Notes: a model not told the origin generated them from the sequence alone. Positions 26,668 to 42,338 are shown, numbered from the stretch's first letter. The stretch: DNA of 64,000 nt from Rhodoglobus sp. (GCA_965227655.1 OZ245765.1:2393724-2457723), one strand, 5' to 3'. Numbers and translations: made by a program.

Positions 26668-29600
26668 TTGGCTGCTGCGCGCACTGCGTCCACCAAAAAG
26701 TCCCCCAAGAACGGCCGCAACGCTTCGCGGCTTTCTTTCGCCAAGATCACCGACACCCTGACGGTTCCCGATCTGCTCGCACTGCAGACCGAGAGCTTCG
26801 ACTGGTTGGTCGGCAACGACATCTGGAAGCAGCGCGTCACGGAGGGTGTGGCCCAGGGCCGCACCGACCTGCCGTCCCGCAGCGGCCTCGATGAGATCTT
26901 CGAGGAGATCTCTCCCATCGAGGACCTCGGCGAGACCATGCAGCTCTCGTTCACGGGCCCGGAGCTCGAAGAGCCGAAGTACACGATCGACGAGTGCAAG
27001 GAGCGCGGCAAGACCTTCGCCGCCCCGCTGTACGTCAACGCCGAGTTCATGAACCACCTCACCGGTGAGATCAAGACCCAGACGGTCTTCATGGGCGACT
27101 TCCCGCTCATGACCGAGAAGGGCACGTTCATCATCAACGGCACCGAGCGTGTCGTCGTGTCCCAGCTCGTGCGTTCGCCCGGTGTCTACTTCGACCGCAC
27201 CCCCGAGAAGCTGTCTGACAAAGACATCTACTCCGCTCGCGTCATCCCGAGCCGTGGCGCATGGCTCGAGTTCGAGATCGACAAGCGCGACCAGGTCGGT
27301 GTGCGTATCGACCGCAAGCGCAAGCAGAGCGTCACCGTGTTCCTCAAGGCCCTCGGCCTCACGAGCGAGCAGATCCTCGAGGAGTTCAAGGGCTTCCCGT
27401 CGATCGAGCTCACCCTCGAGAAGGACTCCATCCTCACCAAGGAAGAGGCCCTCAAGGACATCTACCGCAAGCTGCGTCCGGGCGAGCAGGTTGCCGCCGA
27501 GGCCGCGCGCGCGCTGCTCGACAACTTCTACTTCAACTCGAAGCGCTACGACCTCGCGAAGGTCGGCCGTTACAAGATCAACCGCAAGCTGGGCCTCGAC
27601 ACCGACATCAAGCAGTCGGTTCTCACCATCGAGGACATCATTGCGACGATCAAGTACCTGGTCGCCCTGCACGACCCGTCGTCGAGCTACGTCTCCACGC
27701 AGGAGAACGGCTTCCAGACCATCAAGGGCCTCCGCGATGGCAAGAAGGTGGATGTGCGTCTCGACGTGGACGACATCGACCACTTCGGCAACCGTCGCAT
27801 CCGCGCCGTCGGCGAGCTCATCCAGAACCAGGTCCGCACCGGTCTCTCCCGCATGGAGCGCGTCGTTCGCGAGCGCATGACCACGCAGGACATCGAGGCG
27901 ATCACCCCGCAGACCCTGATCAACGTGCGCCCCGTCGTCGCCGCGATCAAGGAGTTCTTCGGCACGAGCCAGCTGTCGCAGTTCATGGACCAGAACAACC
28001 CGCTCGCGGGCCTGACCCACAAGCGTCGACTCTCGGCCCTCGGCCCCGGCGGTCTGTCGCGTGAGCGTGCCGGCGTCGAGGTTCGTGACGTCCACCCGTC
28101 GCACTACGGCCGCATGTGCCCCATCGAGACCCCGGAAGGCCCCAACATCGGCCTCATCGGTTCGCTCGCATCGTTCGCGCGCATCAACGCGTTCGGGTTC
28201 ATCGAGACCCCGTACCGCCGCGTCGTGAACGGCAAGGTCACCGACAAGATCGACTACCTCACCGCATCGGAAGAGGACGACTTCATCGTCGCCCAGGCGA
28301 ACGCCCCGCTCACCGCGGACGCGCACTTCGCCGAGCCCCGCGTGCTCGCCCGTAAGAAGGGCGGCGAGGTCGACCTGATCCCGACCGAGCAGATCGGCTA
28401 CATGGATGTCTCGCCGCGCCAGATGGTGTCGGTGGCAACGTCCCTCATCCCGTTCCTCGAGCACGACGACGCAAACCGCGCCCTCATGGGTGCGAACATG
28501 CAGCGCCAGGCAGTTCCGCTGCTGCGTTCGGAGAGCCCGCTCGTCGGTACCGGCATGGAGGGCTTCGCGGCCATCGACGCCGGCGACGTCATCACCGCCG
28601 ACAAGGCCGGTGTCGTCTCCGAGGTCTCGGCAGACTCGATCACCATCCAGCTCGACGAGGGCGGCACGCAGGACTACTACCTGCGCAAGTTCGACCGCTC
28701 GAACCAGGGCACGAGCTACAACAACCGGGTCATCGTCAGCGCGGGCGACCGCGTCGAGGCCAGCCAGGTGCTCGCCGACGGTCCCGCTACGGAGAACGGC
28801 GAGCTCGCGCTCGGCAAGAACCTCCTCGTGGCGTTCATGCCGTGGGAGGGTCACAACTTCGAAGACGCGATCATCCTGAGCCAGAACCTCGTGAAGGACG
28901 ACACCCTCTCCTCGATCCACATCGAGGAGTACGAGGTGGATGCCCGCGACACGAAGCTCGGCAAGGAGGAGATCACCCGTGACCTCCCCAACGTCAGCCC
29001 CGAGCTGCTCGCCGACCTCGACGAGCGCGGCATCATCCGCATCGGCGCGGAGGTTCGCCCCGGCGACATCCTCGTCGGCAAGGTCACGCCCAAGGGTGAG
29101 ACCGAGCTGAGCGCCGAGGAGCGCCTGCTGCGCGCCATCTTCAACGAGAAGAGCCGCGAGGTTCGCGACACCTCGCTCAAGGTTCCTCACGGTGAAGAGG
29201 GAACGATCATCGCGGTCAAGGAGTTCAATGCGGAGAACGACGACGAGCTCGGCTCGGGCGTCAACCAGCGCGTTGTGGTCTACATCGCCCAGAAGCGCAA
29301 GATCACCGCGGGCGACAAGCTCGCCGGTCGTCACGGCAACAAGGGCGTCATCTCGAAGATCCTTCCGGTGGAAGACATGCCGTTCATGGCAGACGGCACC
29401 CCCGTCGACGTCATCCTGAACCCGCTCGGTATCCCCGGCCGCATGAACTTCGGCCAGGTCCTCGAGACCCACCTCGGCTGGGTTGCGAAGCAGGGCTGGG
29501 AGGTCGACGGTTCCCCGAAGTGGGCAAACACGCTGCCCGACCACGCCCGTAGCGCCGCTCCCGGCACGAAGGTCGCGACCCCCGTGTTCGACGGTGCCCT

Positions 29601-30192
29601 CGAGAGCGAGATCGAGGGACTCCTGGAGTCCACGATCCCGACCCGCGATGGCGAGCGGATGATCGGCGCGAGCGGAAAGGCCCGTCTGTTCGACGGCCGT
29701 TCCGGCGAGCCGTTCCCCGAGCCCGTCTCGGTCGGATACATGTACATCCTGAAGCTCCACCACCTGGTGGACGACAAGATCCACGCCCGGTCGACCGGCC
29801 CCTACTCCATGATCACTCAGCAGCCGCTGGGTGGTAAGGCGCAGTTCGGTGGCCAGCGATTCGGTGAGATGGAGGTCTGGGCGCTCGAGGCATACGGTGC
29901 CGCGTACGCGCTCCAGGAGCTCCTCACGATCAAGTCGGACGACATCCTCGGACGCGTCAAGGTGTACGAGGCCATCGTCAAGGGCGAGAACATCCAGGAG
30001 CCTGGTATCCCCGAGAGCTTCAAGGTCCTGATCAAGGAGATGCAGTCGCTGTGCCTGAACGTGGAGGTGCTGTCTGCTGACGGCTCCACGGTCAACCTGC
30101 GCGACACGGATGACGAGGTCTTCCGTGCAGCGGAGGAGCTGGGCATCAACATCTCCACGCGCTTCGAGTCGTCGTCGATCGACGAGATCTAA
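26668..30192 (+). CDS. rpoB: DNA-directed RNA polymerase beta subunit
   Basis: [57 protein letters not shown]; TTG start after GGAGGT. Confidence 0.99.
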   Translation: MAAARTASTKKSPKNGRNASRLSFAKITDTLTVPDLLALQTESFDWLVGNDIWKQRVTEGVAQGRTDLPSRSGLDEIFEEISPIEDLGETMQLSFTGPELEEPKYTIDECKERGKTFAAPLYVNAEFMNHLTGEIKTQTVFMGDFPLMTEKGTFIINGTERVVVSQLVRSPGVYFDRTPEKLSDKDIYSARVIPSRGAWLEFEIDKRDQVGVRIDRKRKQSVTVFLKALGLTSEQILEEFKGFPSIELTLEKDSILTKEEALKDIYRKLRPGEQVAAEAARALLDNFYFNSKRYDLAKVGRYKINRKLGLDTDIKQSVLTIEDIIATIKYLVALHDPSSSYVSTQENGFQTIKGLRDGKKVDVRLDVDDIDHFGNRRIRAVGELIQNQVRTGLSRMERVVRERMTTQDIEAITPQTLINVRPVVAAIKEFFGTSQLSQFMDQNNPLAGLTHKRRLSALGPGGLSRERAGVEVRDVHPSHYGRMCPIETPEGPNIGLIGSLASFARINAFGFIETPYRRVVNGKVTDKIDYLTASEEDDFIVAQANAPLTADAHFAEPRVLARKKGGEVDLIPTEQIGYMDVSPRQMVSVATSLIPFLEHDDANRALMGANMQRQAVPLLRSESPLVGTGMEGFAAIDAGDVITADKAGVVSEVSADSITIQLDEGGTQDYYLRKFDRSNQGTSYNNRVIVSAGDRVEASQVLADGPATENGELALGKNLLVAFMPWEGHNFEDAIILSQNLVKDDTLSSIHIEEYEVDARDTKLGKEEITRDLPNVSPELLADLDERGIIRIGAEVRPGDILVGKVTPKGETELSAEERLLRAIFNEKSREVRDTSLKVPHGEEGTIIAVKEFNAENDDELGSGVNQRVVVYIAQKRKITAGDKLAGRHGNKGVISKILPVEDMPFMADGTPVDVILNPLGIPGRMNFGQVLETHLGWVAKQGWEVDGSPKWANTLPDHARSAAPGTKVATPVFDGALESEIEGLLESTIPTRDGERMIGASGKARLFDGRSGEPFPEPVSVGYMYILKLHHLVDDKIHARSTGPYSMITQQPLGGKAQFGGQRFGEMEVWALEAYGAAYALQELLTIKSDDILGRVKVYEAIVKGENIQEPGIPESFKVLIKEMQSLCLNVEVLSADGSTVNLRDTDDEVFRAAEELGINISTRFESSSIDEI

Positions 30193-30238
30193 GCCGCCTC
30201 TCACTCATTTCTGAAGCTTTCTAAGAGAGAAGAACACA

Positions 30239-34120
<3,882 letters not shown>

Positions 34121-34133
34121 GCAGTAGCCCTGC

Positions 34134-34167
34134 CGAAAGCCCTCACCCTCCGGGGTGGGGGCTTTCG
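34134..34167 (+). terminator. Intrinsic terminator hairpin after rpoC
   Basis: CGAAAGCCCTCACCC...GGGTGGGGGCTTTCG stem with one G-U pair. Confidence 0.75.
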
Positions 34168-34213
34168 CCGTGTTCGGGGCTCGACGGGTGATCCCCGCTT
34201 CGAGGCGCTCGAG

Positions 34214-34262
34214 TTGCGCCAATTCGGGCACGCGCGAGGTGATTCTGCCCGATTTGGCGCAA
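34214..34262. repeat. Intergenic inverted repeat (REP-like)
   Basis: TTGCGCCAATTCGGGCA / TGCCCGATTTGGCGCAA, 16 of 17 pairs. Confidence 0.65.
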
Positions 34263-34366
34263 GTCGGGTTGCGAGGGGTACCGGATGCGGGCGCGCGCGG
34301 CCCGGACCGGGGTACGAAGAGGCCCGAACTGTGGGCTAAATGCTGCAGTTCCGCTAATGTGACCGT

Positions 34367-35266
34367 GTGTTCGCCTACCTACCCGAAAGGGGCGAAGCGT
34401 CCGGCTATGCCGTCGTAACCCCCCGTTTTGCCTGCCTACTGGGCTCCGATGCCACGGCCGAGATCGCCCGATCGATCTTCTGGCTGCTTGATGGCCCGGA
34501 TGCCCAGCTCCAGGATGCCCTCGGCACCCTGTCCCACATCGACAAGGTCGACCGCTTCGCGATCGTCGAACTGCTCGACGCCTCTGCCACCGAGCTGCGG
34601 GTTTCCGCGCTGGGAGAGGTGAGCGTCGGCATCGACGGCGTTACCACTGCCCGCGCATCCGGCTCAGTGTTGACGACCTCGGCCACGGGCGTGCGCGCCT
34701 CGTGGTTCTCACTCGAGGGCGGTCGCCCTGAGGGCGACCTGCTGCCCCTGCACCGCGGCATCGCCCGTGCGACCGCCCTCGTCACCGGCGGGCCGTCGGC
34801 GCCGAGCGTCGACGCTGCCGAGTTCGCGGTCGACGCCGAGCCCGAGCCCGAGCCTCAGGCTGAGCAGCCCGAGACTCAGCCCGACGTTGCACCCGAACCC
34901 GAGCAGCAGGCGGCGCCCGAGGCCCCGACCGGCCGCTGGGTGCTGCACCTGCCCGACGGATCCGAGGTCGAGGCGAGTAGAACCATCATCATCGGCCGCG
35001 ACGAGTGGGCGGCGCCCGACGACGGCGACCTCATCCGTCACGTCTCGGTGCCCTCGCCGAAGAAGCAGATCTCGGGCGATCACCTCGAGCTCGCCCTCGT
35101 CGGCGACGAGCTGGTGGCGCGTGATCTCGACTCCACGAACGGCACCATCGTCATCACCCAGGAGCAGCCACCGCGACTTCTCCACAACGGTGAGACGACC
35201 CCGCTGCAGGCAGGCGATATCCTCGATCTCGGGGAGAGCCTGCAGATCGTGGTGAGCAACCGCTAG
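34367..35266 (+). CDS. FHA domain protein
   Basis: C-terminal IIIGR...ISGDH...DLDSTNGT; acidic Pro linker; TAATGT 6 nt before GTG. Confidence 0.88.
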   Translation: MFAYLPERGEASGYAVVTPRFACLLGSDATAEIARSIFWLLDGPDAQLQDALGTLSHIDKVDRFAIVELLDASATELRVSALGEVSVGIDGVTTARASGSVLTTSATGVRASWFSLEGGRPEGDLLPLHRGIARATALVTGGPSAPSVDAAEFAVDAEPEPEPQAEQPETQPDVAPEPEQQAAPEAPTGRWVLHLPDGSEVEASRTIIIGRDEWAAPDDGDLIRHVSVPSPKKQISGDHLELALVGDELVARDLDSTNGTIVITQEQPPRLLHNGETTPLQAGDILDLGESLQIVVSNR

Positions 35267-35302
35267 CTAGGGCCCCCGCTTCACGACGGGAGGGGCACCG
35301 CC

Positions 35303-36430
35303 ATGGCACGCGCCACGCTGACCCCACCCGTCCTGCCGGGCTTCACGTACGTGCGCCCGCTCGGCACGGGCGGCTTCGCCGACGTGTTCCTGTACGAGCA
35401 GGACATGCCGCGGCGCGTGGTGGCCGTGAAGGTGCTCCTCAACGACGCCATCAACCCCGAGGTGCTGAGGGCGTTCAACGCCGAGGCCGACATCATGGCG
35501 CGGCTGAGCGCGCATCCGTCGATCGTCACCATCTACCAGGCGAGCATCTCGGCCGACGGCAGGCCGTTCCTCGCCATGGAGTACTGCCCAGACACGATGA
35601 GCGCCCGGTACCGCAAGGCGCCGCTGGGGGTCGCCGAGGTGCTCGACGCGGGGGTGCGGATCGCCGCGGCCCTCGAGACCGTGCACCGCTCGGGGGCCTT
35701 ACACCGCGACATCAAGCCGTCGAACATCCTCATCACCTCCCTCGGCATCCCCGTGCTCGCCGACTTCGGTATCGCCGCGGGCTTCGGCATCGAGAACGCG
35801 GGCCCCGACCTGCTCGCGCTCTCGGTGCCATGGAGTTCGCCCGAGGTGCTCTCGGAGAAGGTGAACGGTTCGGTGCCGAGCGAGGTGTGGAGCCTTGGCG
35901 CGACGCTCTACACGTTGCTCGCGGGCCGCAGTCCGTTCGAGCTCGCCGACCGGGTGAAGAACACGCGCGACCAGCTCTCGGCACGCGTCGCGAAAGCGCA
36001 CTACACCCCGCTGGCCCGCACGGATGTGAGCCAGAAGCTCGAGGGCATCCTCGCCCGCAGCATGGCCAAGGAGCCGTCGCAGCGGTACGCGTCGATGCAC
36101 GCAATGGCGGAAGACCTGCGGTGGGCGCAGTACGAGCTGGGTCTGCCGCCGACAGCGCTCGAGGTGGCGAGTCCCGAGTGGGCGGCGGCCTCCACCGTGA
36201 GCTTCGCGGATTCGGCGGCGCGCGGGCCGATCATCACGACAGTCAACAAGGACTCGCGCAGGGCAGCGCGCGCGCAGACTGTGCTCTCGCGCCTGGACGG
36301 CGACCGCGAGGGCGTCACGGCCGGATCGAAGCGGCAGCGGGGCTGGAAGGTCCCCGTGCTCGTCGGTGTCGGTGCCGTCATCGTGCTGGGCATCGTCGCC
36401 GTCACCCTCCGCCTGCTCGGAGTGCTCTGA
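35303..36430 (+). CDS. Hanks-type Ser/Thr protein kinase with C-terminal TM
   Basis: GTGGFADV, VAVK, HRDIKPSN, ADFG, PWSSPE, SEVWSLG. Confidence 0.95.
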   Translation: MARATLTPPVLPGFTYVRPLGTGGFADVFLYEQDMPRRVVAVKVLLNDAINPEVLRAFNAEADIMARLSAHPSIVTIYQASISADGRPFLAMEYCPDTMSARYRKAPLGVAEVLDAGVRIAAALETVHRSGALHRDIKPSNILITSLGIPVLADFGIAAGFGIENAGPDLLALSVPWSSPEVLSEKVNGSVPSEVWSLGATLYTLLAGRSPFELADRVKNTRDQLSARVAKAHYTPLARTDVSQKLEGILARSMAKEPSQRYASMHAMAEDLRWAQYELGLPPTALEVASPEWAAASTVSFADSAARGPIITTVNKDSRRAARAQTVLSRLDGDREGVTAGSKRQRGWKVPVLVGVGAVIVLGIVAVTLRLLGVL

Positions 36431-36431
36431 C

Positions 36432-39400
36432 GTGACTCGACCCCTCCTGAAGGTGGGCGCGGTCGTGGCTGCCGTCGCCACCGTCGTGACCCTCGCCGTT
36501 GTGGCTCAGGGCTACGACGCCCAGGAGGTGCCACGCCTCGAGACCTCGGTGTGGGTCACGCGCGACGACGGCCAGTACGCGCGCGTCAACACCGAGCTCG
36601 CCGAGCTCGACACCGTGCGGTCCGTGCAGGACCCGACGGGTGTCGTGCAGTCGGGCGACAACAGCATCGTCTTCAGCCAGGGTTACAGCCAGGTGTGGCC
36701 TGTCGACGCCTCCCGGCCCGTGAACCTCTCGGAGGGCGCCAACGCCCCCGACGGCTCCGGCGCCCCTGTCTCGAGTAGCAGCACTCCGCCGGGCACGCGC
36801 ACGGTCGTTTCGGCGGGGCCCTGGGTGCTCTACCTGACTGACACCGGCTCGGTGTTCCTCGGCGAGCTCGGCGACGGCTCCGTGGCACCGGATGCGGTCA
36901 TCCCCGTCACTCCGTTCGCCGAGGCGACTGCCCCCGAGGGGCGTCCGCAGCCCACCTACAGCGCCTCGGCCGTGGCTGTCTCCGCCTCGGGCCAGGTGGC
37001 GCTCTACTCGACCGCGGAGTCGTCGGTGCGCAGGTTCGACGCCAACACCCTGCAGTTCATCGGTGGCGCCACTGCCGTACCGTCGCCCCCGAAAGCCGAT
37101 TCGGCGGTCGAGCTCGCTGTCGTCGGCACGCACTGGATCCTCAGCGCGGCCACCGAGGGGCTCGCGTGGGTGCAGGGGCTCGCCGCTCCCCTCGAGACCG
37201 GTGCGGGCGGCGAGGCGAGACTGCAGTCCAGCTCCGCGAGCGGTGCGGTGGCGTACCTGGCCGACGCGACGGGGCTTGTCAGCGTCGACCTCGGCAGCGG
37301 AGCTGTCGGGTCCGTGGTCTCTGCGGCGGGCATCCCGGCCACCCCGCTCGCGCTCGACGATACCGTCTACGCGGCGTGGCTGTCGGCGGATGCCGGCACC
37401 CTGTGGTCCTCGGCAACGGGCGAGTCGACACCGCTCGCGACGCAGGCCGACGTGCTGGGCGAGGTGCAGGCGATCGCGCCGGTGTTCCGCAGCAACGGAC
37501 AGCGTGCCGTGCTCAACGAGACCTCGTCGGGCATGGTGTGGACGGTGCCTGACGGCACGCTCATCCCGGTCGACCAGTGGACGGTCGGCGACGACACGCA
37601 GCAGGACACGGGCACGGTTGTCGTGGACGACGTCGCCGAGGAGAAGCCGCCCGTGGCGGTCGCGGACTCGTTCGGTGTGCGCAGCGGAGCGCAGGTGGCG
37701 CTGCCCCTGCTGCTCAACGACCACGACCCCAACAAGAAAGACGTGCTCTCCGTCTCGGCCGATTCGGTGGGCGGTGGGCTCTCCGACCCCGCGTTCGGCT
37801 CGCTCGGCCTCGCGTCGAACAACCAGCAGGCCGTCGTGACCGTGGGCGCCGATGCCGGGTCTGCGACCTTCTCGTACGCGGTCACCGATGGTGCCGCCAC
37901 CTCCGAGCCGGCCGCCGTCACGCTCACCGTCGTGCCGGACGGGCAGAACTCAGCTCCCGTGTGGTGTGGGGTGGAGAACTGCCAGCAGCAGTGGCCCTCG
38001 CCGCAGGTGTCGCCGGGAGGCACCGTGACGGTCCCCGTGCTCACCGGCTGGGTGGATCCCGAGGGCGACCCTTTCGTGCTCTCGGATGCACGCCCGGAGA
38101 ACAGCGCAGACCCCGTGTCGGTAGTGGCGACCGCCGACGGCCGCGTGGCGATCCGGCACAGCGACCCCAACGCGGCGAGCAGCACCATCGCGATCGTGGT
38201 GACCGTGACCGACTCGTTCGGCGCGAGCGCGGAGAAGGTACTCACCCTGCTCGTGAGCTCGAGCCCCGCACTCGACGTCGCCCCGATCGTGCTCGTCGCG
38301 GGCGTGGGCGAGAAGGCGAGCATCCGGATCGGCGAGCACGTAACGGGCGGATCGGGCGCGTACCGCGTGCTCGACGCCGTGGCCTCCACCGCCTCGTCCG
38401 GGCTCCTCGTGGTCCCCAATGCCGCCGCGGGAACCGTCGAGCTCACGGCGTCGAACGCGGGCGAGTACCTCGTGACGTACACCGTGCAGGATGCCTCGAC
38501 CCTCGCGCAGCAGTCGGCGATCATCCGGCTCACGGTGCCCGAGGCGGGCGTGCCGCTCGCGATAGCCCCCGTCACGGCGTTCGTGCGCTCGAACGAGGAC
38601 ACGACCATCGACCTCATCGGCGCCGTGCAGAACAGCACGGGCCGCGTGCTCATCGTGTCCCAGGCGACCACGGTCGACGCGGGACTGAGCGTGAGCGTCG
38701 TGGGCCAGTCGCAGGTGCGCGTGAGCGGATCGACGGCCACGGGCGAGCCCGGCCGCGTGGGCACGGCGAGCGTGACGATCACGGATGGCGCGGGCTCCAC
38801 GGTCGTCGGCCAGCTCACGGTGTTCCAGGTGCCGGCGAGCACCGACGCGTTCCCCATCGCGGTACCCGACAGTGTCACCGTGCGCGCGGGACTGCAGGTG
38901 GACATCCCGGTTCTGGCGAACGACCTGAGTCCGCGCGGGGAACGTCTCGTGCTGCATCCGACCATCGAAGGCTCGGGCACGGATGGCGAGCTCGCCTTCG
39001 TCGCGGGCAGCGCGGTGCGCTACCTCGCCCCGACCGCGCCGGGCGTCTACACCCTGCGCTACTCGCTCTACCTCGAGTCGCGGCCCGACCGCCTCGACAC
39101 GGCGCTCATCACCGTGACCGTGCTGCCCGCGGGGGCCAACCGCGCGCCGCAGCCCTCGATCCTGACCGCGCGCGCCCTCAGCGGGCAGACTGTGCGGATT
39201 CCCGTGAGTGGATACGGCGTCGACCCGGACGGTGACACCGTCGTGCTCGCCTCCGTCGACCAACCCGGTTCCGGCAAGGGCACCGCGGCCATCTCGGCGG
39301 AGGGCGATGCCATCGTCTACACGGCTCCGGCGGCGGGCGTGCCCGGCAGCCAGGTGAGCTTCGCGTACTCCGTGCGCGACTCGTCAGGGGCCGTAGGCTC

Positions 39401-42338
39401 GGCGCTCGTGCGCGTCGGCGTGCTCAGTGATGCGCTCTCCGACACCACGCCCGTCACCTACAGCGACTACGTGCGCACGACGGCCGGTGCCCCGAACCCC
39501 ATCACGGTCACGCCGCTCATCAACGACCGCGACCCCTCGCAGGGCACGTTGTCGATCATCTCGGTCGTGCCCAACGCCCCCGCGGGCACCGAGGAGTACG
39601 CGGCCCTCGCGGCCCTCGTGGAGCCCGCGAAGGCCGACGGCTCCGTCGTGGTCAGGGCGGGCTCGACTCTCGGCACGCACTCCTACGTGTACACGGTTCA
39701 GTCGTCCATCTCGACGAGCACGGCGGAGGGTCTCATCGTCGTCACGGTGGCCGAGAGCGCCGCCCCTGACGTGCCCGTCGTCACCGACACGGTGGTCACG
39801 GCGCGGTCGCGGCTCGAACTCGCCACCACGGGCATCGACGTCGTCTCTGGCAAGGTCCTGTGGCCGTCGGGCGACGTGGCGAGCCTGCAGCTGCAGCTGT
39901 GGCCGGGGGCACCCGCGGGGTTCGAGGTCTCCGGGTCGAGCATCCGGGGCTCCCTGCCGGCGGACGGCGCGCTCGTGCCCTTCTCGCTGACCGGTACGGA
40001 TGCCGCGGGCGCCGCTGTCGTGAGCTACGGGTTCCTGCGCATCCCTGCGTTCGACGACATGCGCGTGCAGCTGCGCACGAGCACGGGGCCCGTGGTCGTC
40101 GACGAGGAGAAGTCGGTGGAGTTCGCGCTGCGCGACCTGCTGGACATCGATAGATCCGACACGATCCAGGTGCGCCGGGATGACTCATTCACCGTGCAGC
40201 GCGCCAACTCGTCGTGCACGCCGAGCGGCGCGACGACTGCCACATACACGGCGGGCCGTGAGGCGCCGTGGGTCGACTCGTGCACCATCCCCGTGCGCCT
40301 CGGCGGCCAGTCGAGCTGGACCATGGTCTCGGTGCCGATCGCGGTCATCCCGAAGGACCCGCAGGCCATCCTCAACTCGGTGACGCGCACCATCTCGCCG
40401 GGCGCCACGGAGTCGCTCGACATCTACGACGCCATGACGACGTGGGAGGGCGGTCGCGTCGGCGACAAGAGCAGGCTCGTCTACACGGTCTCGGGGGGTG
40501 GCTCCGCGTTCATCGTCACGCAGGTGGGCACGCGCGTCTCCGTCGACGCTCGGGCGGACGTGCCGTCCGGCACGCGCTCGACCCTTCAGGTCACCACGAG
40601 CGCGTACGGCGGACTCACCGCCGCGATAACCCTCATCGTCGGGGTCGCCCCACCCGACGCCCCACGCGGTGCGACTTTCAGCAGTCAGTGCGACGTGAGC
40701 CGCGGTCCGTCGTGCGCGATCACCGTCACGGGCGTGAACGGCGAGTACGACCCGTTCGCGGGCGCCGTCGGCTCCGGCCTGAAGCTCGTCTCGGTGGGCA
40801 CGGGTGGCGCGGTCGTGTGCCCCATCGCCACCGTCTCGGTGCAGGGGTCGACGCAGGTCGTCGCGCGCTGGCCCGCGGGGGCGCATCCGGTCGGCGGTTC
40901 GTGCGTCGTGCCGTTCACCGTCGCGGATGCCCAGGGCCGCACTGGCACGGGCGAGCTCACGATCGACGTGCTCGGGTACCCGCAGACGCCGTCGTCCGTC
41001 ACCACCTCGGGCTACTCGGGCTCGAGTGTGACCCTGTTCGTCGACCTCGGGCCGGCGACCCAGGCGCATCCCACGGTGACGGGTGTCGCGCTGTACGAGA
41101 ACGGCGCGGCGGTGCCGCAGTCGAGCTGCTCGGCCTCGCCGCCGAGCGGCTACACGTGCACGGTCTCGGGCCTCGTGAACGGCGAGCGGCACGACATCAC
41201 GGCGCGCGCCCTCAACAGCGTCGGGGAGTCTGACGACACCTCCGCGGTCACGACCAACGCGTACCAGGCACCGCAGATCGCGACCATCGCCACGGCACCG
41301 AAGTACGTGCCCGGCACCACGAGCACGACCGCGGGCGTCACGACCGTCACGATCACGGGCGGCACCGACCTGCGCTCGGGCCGCGTGCTCAACACGGGCG
41401 AGATCGTGCAGGCCGGCCAGGCGAAGGACATCACCCTCGGGGTCGGCGGGCAGCTGCTGCAGATCGTGCCGATCAGCAGGTTCTCGCCGCCCACGAGCGG
41501 CAGCAACGAGGGCTCGACGAGCACGAAGCCCATCACCGTCGTGGGCACGGCGTTCTACCCCGCGGGCGGTAGCGTCGCCCGCACGAGCGACGGCGTGCGC
41601 ACCCTCACGGTTCCCGCGCTCGACCTGAACTCGAGCGCAGGCGCCAAGACCGAGCTCTTCATCGCGTCGCAGTCGCCGGGCGTCACGTGCACGGGCAACG
41701 GCGCCTCGCTCTCGTTTGCCGGTGGCTCCGCGGTCATCACCTCGGCGACATCGACGCTCTCGGGCCTCGCCGCCAACAAGCTGTACTGGCTGAGCGCGTG
41801 CGGCAGTAACGAGTACGGCGCCGCGCACTCAGCCGAGATCCAGACCGACACGGTCGTGCTGCCGGGCGCTCCCACGGGCACCCTCACCTACGGCGTCGAC
41901 CCCACGACAGGGCAGGGCGGCTCGCACTACGAGTGGAGCTCGGTCACGAGCCCGAGCGTCGACGCCGCCCCCGCCGACTTCGCCATCGAGTTCCGCCGCA
42001 ACGGTGCATCAGCCTCGTTCCAGCTCGACTCGGGCGCTGTGGCATCCTGGACCGTCGCCTACTGCTCGACGATCGTGAGCGGTGCGTGCGGGCCCGCAGC
42101 TCCCCTCACCGTGGGTTCTGGGCTCATTCCGATCCCCGTCACCGTCGACTTCCCGGCCGGATGCTCCACCGAGGCCTCCCCGGAGGCCCCGGTCGTGAGC
42201 GCGGGCGTGGGCAGCGACTGGGGCTTCACGGCGGTCGAGGGTGGACTGCTGAACCTCTTCATGGAGTACACCGTGACCTTCACGGGCTCCTTCTCGCCCC
42301 TCAACCCCGTGCAGACCTACGAGGTCATCAAGTGCTGA
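36432..42338 (+). CDS. Giant exported protein with tandem bacterial Ig/cadherin-like repeats and an FN3 domain
   Basis: N-terminal signal/TM; repeated PVAVADS / PIAVPDSV..VLANDLSP / VDPDGD motifs; FN3-like PQTPSSV...ALNSVGES; GTG start at 36432. Confidence 0.85.
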   Translation: MTRPLLKVGAVVAAVATVVTLAVVAQGYDAQEVPRLETSVWVTRDDGQYARVNTELAELDTVRSVQDPTGVVQSGDNSIVFSQGYSQVWPVDASRPVNLSEGANAPDGSGAPVSSSSTPPGTRTVVSAGPWVLYLTDTGSVFLGELGDGSVAPDAVIPVTPFAEATAPEGRPQPTYSASAVAVSASGQVALYSTAESSVRRFDANTLQFIGGATAVPSPPKADSAVELAVVGTHWILSAATEGLAWVQGLAAPLETGAGGEARLQSSSASGAVAYLADATGLVSVDLGSGAVGSVVSAAGIPATPLALDDTVYAAWLSADAGTLWSSATGESTPLATQADVLGEVQAIAPVFRSNGQRAVLNETSSGMVWTVPDGTLIPVDQWTVGDDTQQDTGTVVVDDVAEEKPPVAVADSFGVRSGAQVALPLLLNDHDPNKKDVLSVSADSVGGGLSDPAFGSLGLASNNQQAVVTVGADAGSATFSYAVTDGAATSEPAAVTLTVVPDGQNSAPVWCGVENCQQQWPSPQVSPGGTVTVPVLTGWVDPEGDPFVLSDARPENSADPVSVVATADGRVAIRHSDPNAASSTIAIVVTVTDSFGASAEKVLTLLVSSSPALDVAPIVLVAGVGEKASIRIGEHVTGGSGAYRVLDAVASTASSGLLVVPNAAAGTVELTASNAGEYLVTYTVQDASTLAQQSAIIRLTVPEAGVPLAIAPVTAFVRSNEDTTIDLIGAVQNSTGRVLIVSQATTVDAGLSVSVVGQSQVRVSGSTATGEPGRVGTASVTITDGAGSTVVGQLTVFQVPASTDAFPIAVPDSVTVRAGLQVDIPVLANDLSPRGERLVLHPTIEGSGTDGELAFVAGSAVRYLAPTAPGVYTLRYSLYLESRPDRLDTALITVTVLPAGANRAPQPSILTARALSGQTVRIPVSGYGVDPDGDTVVLASVDQPGSGKGTAAISAEGDAIVYTAPAAGVPGSQVSFAYSVRDSSGAVGSALVRVGVLSDALSDTTPVTYSDYVRTTAGAPNPITVTPLINDRDPSQGTLSIISVVPNAPAGTEEYAALAALVEPAKADGSVVVRAGSTLGTHSYVYTVQSSISTSTAEGLIVVTVAESAAPDVPVVTDTVVTARSRLELATTGIDVVSGKVLWPSGDVASLQLQLWPGAPAGFEVSGSSIRGSLPADGALVPFSLTGTDAAGAAVVSYGFLRIPAFDDMRVQLRTSTGPVVVDEEKSVEFALRDLLDIDRSDTIQVRRDDSFTVQRANSSCTPSGATTATYTAGREAPWVDSCTIPVRLGGQSSWTMVSVPIAVIPKDPQAILNSVTRTISPGATESLDIYDAMTTWEGGRVGDKSRLVYTVSGGGSAFIVTQVGTRVSVDARADVPSGTRSTLQVTTSAYGGLTAAITLIVGVAPPDAPRGATFSSQCDVSRGPSCAITVTGVNGEYDPFAGAVGSGLKLVSVGTGGAVVCPIATVSVQGSTQVVARWPAGAHPVGGSCVVPFTVADAQGRTGTGELTIDVLGYPQTPSSVTTSGYSGSSVTLFVDLGPATQAHPTVTGVALYENGAAVPQSSCSASPPSGYTCTVSGLVNGERHDITARALNSVGESDDTSAVTTNAYQAPQIATIATAPKYVPGTTSTTAGVTTVTITGGTDLRSGRVLNTGEIVQAGQAKDITLGVGGQLLQIVPISRFSPPTSGSNEGSTSTKPITVVGTAFYPAGGSVARTSDGVRTLTVPALDLNSSAGAKTELFIASQSPGVTCTGNGASLSFAGGSAVITSATSTLSGLAANKLYWLSACGSNEYGAAHSAEIQTDTVVLPGAPTGTLTYGVDPTTGQGGSHYEWSSVTSPSVDAAPADFAIEFRRNGASASFQLDSGAVASWTVAYCSTIVSGACGPAAPLTVGSGLIPIPVTVDFPAGCSTEASPEAPVVSAGVGSDWGFTAVEGGLLNLFMEYTVTFTGSFSPLNPVQTYEVIKC

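Noticed and set aside
27960-28060. Rifampicin-resistance substitution in the RpoB RRDR ([16 protein letters not shown])
   Set aside because: The key Asp, His and Ser positions are wild type. Ala at the LSG position is, as I recall, a common natural Micrococcales variant, so no phenotype is claimed.
26473-30204. 1243-aa minus-strand ORF, and similar long ORFs at 30221..31555, 31991..34231, 13398..15593, 36402..38980 and 57261..58518
   Set aside because: Antisense shadows of rpoB, rpoC, the DEAD helicase, the Ig protein and flagellin. High GC3 suppresses stop codons on the opposite strand, and the translations carry no family motifs.
34820-34930. Repeated CCCGAG units in the FHA gene
   Set aside because: These encode a Pro/Glu-rich linker (PEPEPQ), not a DNA repeat array.
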